A stretch of 64,000 nt of DNA from Takakia lepidozioides (taxonomy: Eukaryota > Plantae > Bryophyta): NCBI GenBank assembly GCA_030704615.1, contig CM060733.1, forward strand, positions 37,882,001-37,946,000, read 5' to 3'. How positions within the stretch are numbered: the stretch's first letter is position 1; each line of letters starts with the position of its first letter. Shown one piece after another: positions 53,971 to 64,000 of this stretch. Made by a program: the position numbers and the translations under genes. The notes beneath the pieces were generated by a model that saw only the letters and a list, made by a program, of their open reading frames with translations, was not told the DNA's origin and made no database searches.

Positions 53971-54570
53971 TTATATACCCTCCAGCCTCCAAGCCTCACA
54001 CGCTCGACCAATTAGAATCCGATGTTGCGACCGCTCCAGGTCGCACGAGGAAGTCGCATGTTATTTAAATTAATTAACAAATGCTGCGACCACCCTCATG
54101 CTGGTGGTCGCAGATATTAAAAAACAGAAAATTGCTGTGACCACCCCCCTGCTGGTGGTCGCACCTATTAAAAAAAAGAAAAATGTTGCGACCACCCCCA
54201 TGCTCATGGTCACAGATATTAAAAAACAGAAAATTGCTGCGACCACCCCTCTGCTGGTGGTCGCACCTATTAAAAAAACAGAAAAATGCTGCGACCACCT
54301 CCATGCTGGTGGTCGCAGATATTAAAATACAGAAAAATGTTGCGACCACCCCCCTGATGGTGGTCGCACCTATTACAAATAAAATAAAAATTGTACGACC
54401 ACCAGTAGCTGTGGTCGCAACTGTTTAAGAAAAGAAAAAAATGCGACCACCCCTGCTGGTGGTCGCATCTATTTTTTTAAAACAAAAATGCTGCGACAAC
54501 CCCTCTGCTGGTGGTCGTAACTATTAAAAAATAAGATAAATTCTGCGACCACCAACATTTGGAGGTCGCA
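53971..54570 (-). promoter_or_regulatory. P3 hairpin array (~10 copies, 51 bp period) plus TATA box upstream of the hAT-like gene
   Basis: Array at 54085-54570; minus-strand GGTCGAGCG at 54009-54001 and TATATAA at 53977-53971. Confidence 0.65.
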
Positions 54571-54939
54571 CCAATTTAACAATAATGATTTAAAAATGAC
54601 CTCAAATACTGGCGGATGGAGTAATTTATAAAACATTTCATTCACTTGCCAAGGTGTCGCTTGGAATACAACGTGTCCACCTACGTGACATATTTTTCAC
54701 CTAACTCATGTTTTACTGATTTTTCGGCAAAACTGACGTGACATGACGTCACTGACATATGCAACCCTGGCGCCACGTCAGCTGCGTGAGCGTAAGCTCA
54801 TGCCACGTCATCGTTGTGTGAGCGTACGCTCACACGCTCACGCGCCAGGCTTACGCGGTAGCATCGTTGCGAAAATGTAGTTGTAGAATGACGGAAAGGC
54901 TGTAATTGTGGGAGGTGCATGGGAGGAAAAGTAAAGGAT

Positions 54940-57900
54940 TGCAGCCTGAGAAGCAGCAGCAGCAGGCAGTGACTGAGAAGCCTGTTGAAGAAGACGATTC
55001 TTTCTACGAAGAGCGAGCGGCAAAAGGTCATTGTGTACCAGAAGGTCAATTCCGCACATGTGATCAAGTCTATGTAGGTACCTGAAGGCAAGATTATGAT
55101 CCCTCTCTGCTGCCTAATATCAATGCCAATCGTTCGACCGACCCAGACGAGGGATGTGTCGAAGTTGGAGCAAGATTTTTAATCACGGATACATAGAGGG
55201 TTCTCCGATGTTTTACGTGTCCTTGTGCGATGCCAGTGGAAAGGAGGTCTCGGTGGACGAGTCAATTGTGAAAAGCTGACGAGAAGTAAACGAGGAGTTC
55301 GAGGCCCAGATTTCGAAGAGACTGTCTGCACATGTGTTCTCCGGGAAAATGTTTCATATCTGGGATGACAATCACCGCTTCATGGCCTGGATGAACGTCA
55401 TAAACAAATATCACAACACAGACGAGGACTGGCACTACCTTGTGGCGTCCATGGTGCTGGATCCGAAAGAAACGTTACAGCACTTCTCATGGCTAGCATG
55501 ACATCAACAAGTATAATGCTCACCCTTCATGCCATCAAAACTCTCCAATTTGTTCTGTTTATTTTTTAGGTGCAGGAGGAAGTCAAAGTGTTTGTGTTGT
55601 GACTGCAGGAGAACTGAAAGTGCATATGTGACGACGAATTTGGTCCATACTCTATTCAGGATATAGAAGGTGGGCCAAATGCCACTGGTCACCTTCAAAA
55701 ACCTTATCAGTGCTGAGGCTTACAAGAAGTGCGAGACCTCCAAATCCGCCGACACATAGTACAAGCTGACCAGAGAGACTTTCTGTGACTACATGTATGC
55801 TGTAAGTATTCCTTCCCTAGCTCTATCTATTTGTTCATTCAAAATACCAGTTGACTCATACGTTGTATACTGGAATGTTCAGCAAGAGATTGCGGAGACT
55901 GGAGAGAAAGGGAAAGCAGAGTACTATGCCAAAAAAGACCCAGGGGAGCAATCCTCAAAAGGAGTGGAAGAATCTATGAACAAGGAGATGGAGGTGGCAA
56001 AGAGGCACTACATGAGCGCGTTCATAAAACAACTCAGAATAGCCGACCCTGCTTTTGGCCCAGAGTTCTTGAATCAGGTCAGGATCCACTGGAACGTGAA
56101 CACCAAGCCCGAAATGATGCAAGAGAAGCTTCATTGCTTGTCCACTGCTGTAGTGGAGCCAGAGGTGAAAGCGAAATGGCTTGAGATTTGGATAATCACT
56201 GCTTTCCGAAGAGTGAGAAGAACAAGGAAACATGAGTCAAAGAATTCAGTGACCATGTTCTCGATATGTGACTGCACAAAGCCACGTACTGGGCCCAGGT
56301 TTTTTCCTCTCGCCGTTCCATTTCCACTGCAAAAACTGCATTGCACCGAGAAAAGTCACTTATTGTTCTTAAAAAGTTGTTCTCTGAATTGTAAAACTGT
56401 TCTTGCGCAGATAGAGGCTCGGGCACAGCTGGTGCTGGAGAAGCAGCTGAAGGATTACAAGATAAAGTCTATGACTCCACTGACGGATACTTTAGAAGAC
56501 TATGTCCGCCAGTGGAAAGCAGCTTGCTTCGACATTTGCTTCTTCAGGGAGTTCGCCAAAGAGGGAGGCATCTCGCACATTAACGAGTTTGAGTAGCAGC
56601 ATGGATTGGAACAGACCATGAAGAGGGTGCTGTACAGGTTCGTCTTGTCACTCTTTATCCACCCTTTGTTCCTGTCTCCCGAAGTTTTGTTGTCGTTGTA
56701 GCCCTGCTCTGTTGAATAAACAGTCCCCAAAACTGTGTGCGCTGACGCACTCAGTAAAGGGGTGGCAACTTCTGTGTTTCCCAACCTTTCAATCTACATA
56801 CGAACATCCGATCCTCTACTGAATCACATCTGCCCTGGCTTCTAGGTAGGGCCTGGGTGGACAGAGCGAAAATTGAGTGCACTGGTCCTCAAACCAAGGG
56901 GTCCTCAAACCGTATTCTCACGCTTTCCCCACTTACTAACATTCCCTCTGCTTTGATTGTGTAGGTACATCAAGAACGTTCTCATTCCAGGCAAGAACCT
57001 GAGTCGACACCCGCACTTTATTGACCTATGGTGTGACCCATCCAACGCCCAGACAATGTACACTGCAGGAATTTTGAAGGATTATGGGAGTTCACATCTT
57101 CGAGACTGCTGCTGGTATATAGATATCCCACGCTAGCTGGATGCCCTTGGTATGAGCTTGTGACCCGAAATCAAAACGAAAATGCAGAGGCCTTGGCCCC
57201 TCTAACGGAGAAGGAGTTGCACGAGAGAAACTTGAGGATATTGGCTGAGAAAGAGCTTGTTGCACAGAATACGCCAGTGAAGCCTAAAAATGACAAGGGG
57301 AAAGGGAAGGGAAAGGGGCAGAAAAACAATTAGAATGAGAATGAGAAAGAGTCCGTGGTGCAACCGGAGCAAGTGCAGACCCCACCCCCAGCCAAAAAGC
57401 CTGATCAAAAGAAGGAGGGTCTAAAAGAGCCCTACGATGCAATGGAGCACCCATCCAGAATCGTTTTTCCGGGCATGTGCGAGCTGGTAAACAACGGGTT
57501 CCTGGCCATGATGGAGACACGGAAGTCAAGTTACAGTGGTGATCCTTCCAAAACATGGGACAAGCTATGTGCTTTTCTCCAATCGGTAAGCAATTATCAT
57601 GCATGTGTTTGAGTTTTGATTTCTTTGTTTTATTTGTACTCGGATCAGATATGTCGCTTATAGAACATCCTCCCCTTCTTACACGCTATAGTGCTTGCAG
57701 GCATGGAGGGGAAAGGAATCTTGGATGAATGGTGCACATAAACCGTTTGCTTCGGAGATGGTCATTGTGGACATTCCGGATAGACATCCAGTCCCGGATA
57801 TTCCGCCCAATGACACCTGCCCAACCTGGAACAAATTTGACGAGAGGTATTGGAGTTGGATGTTTTCTTTTTGCAAGTTTTTCCTTTCCAATGCAGGGGT

Positions 57901-59265
57901 TCTTGTTATCATACAATCTGTCACGATGAGATGTCGCCGGTGGTAAGCTACTTGAAAGCCTCGGGGATGCGGATTATCAAGACCTGGAACTGTGTCAACA
58001 GCCTATATCTGACGAAGGGGGATTGCCCAGGGCAAAAGGTAGATTTCAAATACTTTATTTTTATGCCTTCTCTATTGAAGTTCCACTGTACACCCTATTA
58101 TGAAGGCAAGCTGTTCGAACTGCCTGAATTGAGTGCTTCAGCGCACTCAGTTATGGCGGTCCATGAGCAATGACTCTAAACCCGTTCCATCCAGAATGGG
58201 TCAGCACTCCCACCCAGATGTGCTATGAAACATTCATCACTAATTATTCTCCTCTTCATCGCAGACCCGTCTATTTGAGGCCGTCAGTCTTGTGAGGGTA
58301 CATCTACTGTCGACTCCCACCACAGTGGTGGAGTTCGAGCTTCATGGGGGAGGATGTTTCAGAAACGAGAGGTTTGATCCTGTCTTTGACGACATGCACT
58401 ACAACTATGTCGACTCCAACGTATGTTTGCGAAAGCCAAATGGAACGCCTTGGAGAGGGGCCCGTGAGAAAAGCCCAGCTTTTATCCAAACGATCATTGA
58501 GACTTATTCTCGGCCAGGGGCCCGCATCATAGATCTCACTCTCGGCACAAGTTTCTCTTCTTGCTTTTGTCATCGATTTCTTTTCTTGTGCACTTTTTTT
58601 ACTCAATATTCTAAAACTCTAATTCCTTCATTCTGTCTCTTGCAGGCGCTTCTTACCATGCTTGCAAGGCAAGTGGCAGACACTTGTTTGGTATGGAAGG
58701 AGATGCAGATATTTTCACTGGCCTCCTCGCCGAGTTGCAAGGGGGGGCGTCTACCTCCAATGTGAAGGACGTCACTGCGCCAACTGATATCATCGACGGA
58801 GATGACAAGGACCTGGACAATGACTTTTCATGTGAGTAAGTTCATTTTCTGTCTATTTGATCCCTGTGTATATGCTCTATCGCGTCCCCTTCTGTTGTCT
58901 GATTGTTACCCAAATGGTGCATTTCTGATTGCAGGAATGTGAACGCTCTCCCATGGCCCCTGTCCTCCATATATTTGAGGGACTTGTGCTGGAGCCCACC
59001 TCCTAATTATGTCCTTCCCGACTACGTGGAAGGCATTGCTCGTGTGCAAGCAGCTGTGCTTTCTCCCCCACCCTTGCGTCAGAGTTCCAGGAAGACGCTC
59101 AGGCACCTCCGCGCAAAGGTCTTCATACATGATAGTGCAGCAGTTTCAGGTGGTAACAGTACTTCTAGCAGTGCAGCAGTTTCAGGTGGTAACAGTACTT
59201 CTAGCAGTGCAGCAGATTCAGGTGGTAGCAATAGCAGTGCTGACACCACCTACGGATGTACTTGA
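54940..59265 (+). pseudogene. Multi-exon ParB/Srx-like + beta-class N4C/N6A DNA methyltransferase-like gene, copy B (collinear, 5'-truncated)
   Basis: IMIPLCCLISMP...FHIWDDNHRFMAW; introns include 55511-55608, 58039-58264 and 58551-58645. EMVIVDIPD...WSWMFSFCKFFLSNAGVLVI, then WRGAREKSPAFIQTIIETYSRPGARIIDLTLGT|SASYHACKASGRHLFGMEGD. Ser-rich tail with a 36 bp repeat. Confidence 0.78.
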
Positions 59266-59904
59266 GGGCATTCATTTATGGAACATGAGGGGACACACTC
59301 TCCGTTTTCCGTTGCACCACCATTTGTCTTCCCACCATCCGTTGTAATGAGCACGGACTACAATGAAATTCACATCCCTAAATTGAAACATTCTCTCCAT
59401 TGGGTCCTACGAATTTGAAAGTGTTTTCCTTCGCAACATTGCTCTCCAATTCAACCGTGTGCACTCAATAAAAGTTATTCAACAGAGATAAATATGTGCA
59501 TAGTCCAGTAGACAGTCATTCGACATATGCCATCACACCAATATTTGGTTGGATGGATGGAGGATGAATGTTTTTGCATGGATGAAGCCCAAATGGATGT
59601 ACATTGTGGATGAATGTTGCATGCATGGATGGTCCCATGGATGATGTCAGTGCGTAGTATCATGCACAGGGGCGGGTTGGCGAGGTTCACTGTCGGGGTT
59701 GAGGTGGGTCCCTAAGGCTGACAAGGGTTGGGGTTTCTGTTTGAGGTTGCAGGGTTAATATGGATGAAGACGTGTTTCTGCGGTAATGGATCATCTTCCA
59801 CGGAAATAGACGCCGCATCTTCCCCGAAATCATGCCACGTGTCCTGGGCTCACAGGCTTCTGGGCTCACGTGCCTAGGCTCACACTCTAGCATCCCCCCT
59901 CTAT

Positions 59905-60286
59905 GTCATTGCCCACTTTGCTATTTTTGCAATCGCCCTTATCGAGGCTTCATATATTGATATATCCACTTTGCTATTTTTTGTGAATTTCAACGACCAA
60001 AAGTATTTGAAATTCCAAATCTCCCACTTGAAGGGCCAATTAGTGCTCCAGGAAAGCCCACTTTGCTATTTTTCTCGAATTTCCAACGACCCAAAGCACT
60101 TGAAATTCCAGATCTCCCACACCGCTGGTCCAAAAATCATGAGACCAAGCCGATGCACCCCTCCTCACTGAGGGCTTTTCAACAACACCAAGCACCCGTG
60201 TTGGGGCCCCGCGGTTTGGGAGATCTCAACGACGCTACAAAACAAAACAAAACAAAACAAAACAAACGTCTTCCTTCATAGATTGA
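59905..60286 (-). mobile_element. 5' fragment of the Helitron family
   Basis: Minus strand A|TCAATCTATGAAGGAAGACG(TTTTG)n; homologous to 30987-31200. Confidence 0.7.
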
Positions 60287-60829
60287 TATGGACAAATGGT
60301 CATACACTCTAAGATTTGACTCCTAAAAGTTTTTTCTAATTAAAGATTAATTTTTTTAATAAATTCTATCTATAATATTTGGGGTCAGACTCTTTAGTAA
60401 AGATGTTAAGTATATTATTGTCTATTTTTATAAGAATCAAACTGAAAAAAATATGCTCCAAAAAAAAAAAGGTACTTTTATGGACGTCACCATCCACCAA
60501 AAGTGAGACACCGTATCCTGCGACTGCCCTTCAGGCTTCAGCGTACTGCCTCTGACACGGGTCATGCGGGGAGCGTGAAAACGTCTGCAGTACATTTAAA
60601 GGAGTAGACGGTCCTTTGAAAAGTTGACAGTAATACATATTCATGCATAGGTTTTCATGGATGACGGTGAATGTGGGTTTCAGCGATGAAGGCATGTGTC
60701 AGCCGGAATCGGTCTTCCAACACCATCCTGCCCACAAAAGGCCTCACATCTTGCAGTGGATCACGTGGTTGGGCTGTTGAGCCATATTTGGAGATGCTAG
60801 GACTAGGTATCTTGTAAGTGGTGGCTATA

Positions 60830-61210
60830 TCTGTGGCATAAGAAATCATAAATACACCACACGATGGATTGTCAATTTGTTGCATGACATCAACATAGAT
60901 GTAATTGAATTGTGGTATATTGATTAATTTTGTTAAATGATGTTCTATTTTAGCTGATAATCGCTTACTTGCGGACATGTTGGAATCAAAATATTTTACA
61001 TGTAAATTTGTTTAATATGAATTTATCATATTTAAAATCCCAATGGTTATTGTTCATGAACATATCTTGCAAACATTGTCTTGATTTATTTGATTTTGCA
61101 CAATAGAGTCAAATAAACATATTGTTGATAATCTTGTTTTTCCAATTCAGATCAAATAGTATTTGCATGACAATTGCTAAATATTGATCACACAACCATC
61201 CATTATTATT
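60830..61210 (-). pseudogene. Ulp1/SENP-like (C48) cysteine protease relic
   Basis: Minus-strand pieces in order: NGWLCDQYL, MNNNHW, YFDS, QQIDNPSCGVF (His-Asp-Gln-Cys arrangement); frameshifted. Confidence 0.65.
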
Positions 61211-62451
61211 TAACAAGATTTAAAGTGATTTCATTTGTAAAAGCACCAACTAATCAGGCTGCCACTGTGGTAAACTAGCATCTTCCAAAATCTACATCTT
61301 TTTGCTGGAATGCCTGAATGTTACCTACAAATGTTATCTCAACTCAGTTATCCTAATGCTACACTCGGATGTTAGTGGTAGTGTGAAATCATTAGTAGGA
61401 GATAAACCTTATACAAAGTACTGAAAATACAAAGTCATAGTACTAAACCCTCATATTTTAAGATCTATATCTTTTGACTGAGCATATTAAATGCCTTTCA
61501 GAATGCTCCTCCTTGCTTAATTATCAAAATGCACAAATGCCGCTTTAGTGAAAATTCAGCTATAATACCACAGTTTAAGAAGTTCATAAATTCCAGACAT
61601 AGGATAAATACACAAGAAAAATAGATCATATGCTAGCTGAATTTCCCCTCGAGAGCAGACTCGCCTCGTGGTCCACTAGAAACTGCTAATCATGTAGACA
61701 AGCATTTCTTATACTGACCAACACCAAAAATAGATGACATGTCTCCTCATCTTCTTACCAATGATACAGTGTCACGTATATCTGGATGCCTGAAACTAGA
61801 TCTTTTGTACTCGACCCTCCTCCAACTGCACCAACACCACCATCGTGAAGCACATTCTCCAATTACTCCAAACTCGGGACCCACAAAGCATATACAATTC
61901 TGTCTCTAACTTATTCTCAGCCCCAACTCCACTCTTGCTGCTGGTCTTTACTCTCGCTGCAAGCCTATTCTCAGTCCCAACTCCCTTTGGCAGGCTACTC
62001 GTTGCACAAAGTCGGTCTCTGACATGCATTGTCAGCAACGTGTCCTGTTATTAACTACTTGTTAAACATGCACGATTTAATGAATGAAAAACCCAAGAAT
62101 TCATCTAAGAGTGTTGCATCTCCAAGTGCGAAGCATGCGCATGTCTAATTTTCTCATAGACTTAGACTGATTTGAAGCTTTGAACCGAGTAAAAAGTCGT
62201 GTTGCTAGAGGCAGAAGTGCATGGAGATATATGTGACAGCATTGAATGCAAGTGGTGATATGTTCAATCGCATCAAGATCTATATCAACGATCTGCTTTT
62301 CTCTTCCTCATATTCTCTTCACAATGTTTCAAAAAAACTCGATGCAGGAACATCAAAATAAGGTGAAAGACTGTTGGACAAGAAGCTAATTTTTGGCAGA
62401 AAATTCACAACAACTCGCTTTATATCTGTCACATTATAGAATCATCAGCGT

Positions 62452-63100
62452 TCAGAGTGCCAAATTGTATTGGAATATAAGGCACATGTGATACAACAGC
62501 GGAGCAAATTCATCTGTAGAACTAGTATTAAAGTTGACAGGGTCACGCACATACATATCACTATCAAAATATCTATCATTGGATTCACACTGATTCTGGA
62601 AGAAAATACGAAGCGCATCACTAATGGTTGTCTCATTGGGAAGCAACATATTTCGCCAGAGTGCCTCGCATTTTTTTATGTCCATTCCTTTACATAAGAA
62701 TGCACCGGCTGTGGAGAATTTTCCTGATGTAAGCCTTTGATAAAAGACAACCATGCAGAAAGTACCTGCAAGGTGCTTTCCAGGGCGTTGGTGGATATGA
62801 TAAATAAAAGCTCGAACAAATACATTCGATGAAGTTAAGCATACCTTGTTTTTGAGTTCAGCACTACCATACATTGCATAGAGTTCCTTGCCCTCCTCCA
62901 TTTTGACGGGAATGTGGTTGTCCAAATTCTTCATGCGATACCCAAGCATGACCTTTCCAAGTATGCAAACGATCATGTTTTGATTTTTTGCACATGATAG
63001 TATGACCAGCTGGTGGATAGAGATCCCAACCGATGAACGACTTGATACGCTTGTTGACATGAATCTCACTCGTCGCAAACATATGTATCGCCATTTGAAA
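62452..63100 (-). CDS. Unidentified ORF upstream of, and co-oriented with, the Ulp1-like relic
   Basis: Part of a 249-codon open frame with protein-like composition; no motif recognised. Confidence 0.3.
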
Positions 63101-63111
63101 ATGTAAATGCA

Positions 63112-63275
63112 AATGATGAGGCATTCAACTGGGTTGTTGATCCGCAATTCAAATTGCTCGACACAAATGGTGATGGTGTGTTGTCCAGGGCAGAGTTGCA
63201 TCCGCCCTTCGCATACATGTCCACTAGGGTATTGCTCAGAATGACATCTGGTACAATTTTACCTTTGATCAGTCT
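63112..63275. pseudogene. Abutting EF-hand (+) and PPR (-) gene fragments
   Basis: Plus strand NDEAFNWVVDPQFKLLDTNGDGVLSRAEL (canonical EF loop); minus strand IKGKIVPDVILSNTLVDMYAKGGC. Confidence 0.6.
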
Positions 63276-64000
63276 TCATGGATTTCTTTACCTTTTTCCA
63301 GGGCTTCCACCACAACCCCACTTTACAACTCAATTGACACAAAGCACAAAGCAAAAGAAGAAGACTTTATAACAGCCAGCGGAAGCTGGAAGAACTTCTG
63401 GTACATAATGGAAATTCCACATTCCAACATCTAGTTTGACTCGCATCGTCTACCGCGTTGCTAAAGCCTCCTTTCGGGGCGGAGTAGAAGCCCCAGTTTG
63501 CGACGGCTGGATGTCGCATGCCAGTCGCAGGGCGTCGCTGGAATATCGTCGCTAACTAGCAACGTAGGGGGTCACTACGGGGGGGACGCTCCGCCCCCCT
63601 TCGGCGACGCCCCGACGTCGCTTTTTGGCGGTATTTTTGAATTTGTTGAAGAGCTGAGGCTTAGCCTCCGGATCCCTGCGGATGTCTGCATGCAATTTGA
63701 TCCAAGCCTTCCTAGCTTCAGTTTGAACCTCTAGACTATATTATAATGTTGGTTGTCTGATATTGCCCATTGCTCTTCTACTGATGTATCCTAGATATTG
63801 TACTCTCTCTCTTTTTCACCCTCTGAAAGGATTTGGCGGCTGTCGACGTCGCAAACGACTTGCTGCCACGTGTTTCCTCCGGGCATTTCCCAAAAACAAA
63901 ACTATCAGCGACGCCGAGCCGCCGCCCCAAACAACGCCGCACGCTCTACTGCAAAAGAGCACGGCTCTTTGATGAATTTTTGTAATACAGGGAACAGACC

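Noticed and set aside
54940-59265. Bacterial or phage contamination explaining the ParB-MTase
   Set aside because: GT-AG introns at conserved positions in two copies, and interleaving with plant transposons.

Overview
Eukaryotic, transposon-dense land-plant DNA. A non-seed-plant host is my inference from the PLS-type PPR fragments; there is no prokaryotic operon, rRNA or CRISPR array. The only host gene I can support is the first exon of a COX5C-like gene (minus strand, 1481-1601), whose intron holds the 3' end and LTR of a Ty1/Copia element. From 15.4 to 59.9 kb lies a cluster of decayed, related DNA-transposon units that share one terminal motif (GGCTCAC...AGCATC). They carry three kinds of content. 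(1) Mutator-like transposases with a GCM-like Zn finger, DDE core and SWIM finger: one near-full copy, one 5'-truncated copy and one N-terminal fragment. (2) Two copies of an intron-containing gene with a ParB/Srx-like domain and a beta-class N4C/N6A DNA-methyltransferase-like domain. Copy A is split by a codon-exact 4.75 kb inversion and sits head-to-head with a transposase. (3) A kinase + RING-H2 + hAT-like cassette in which each gene is preceded by a hairpin array and a TATA box. Three different families of ~25 bp palindromes are arrayed in the non-coding parts of these units. Also present: a Pack-CACTA element carrying PPR fragments (28 bp TIRs, CTT TSD), tandem non-autonomous Helitrons with tRNA-like inserts, satellites, and a Ulp1-like protease relic. 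The best candidate for a new system is a MULE family encoding its own ParB-methyltransferase together with subfamily-specific palindromic sites. All copies here are pseudogenised, domain calls come from motif reading only, and function is inference.
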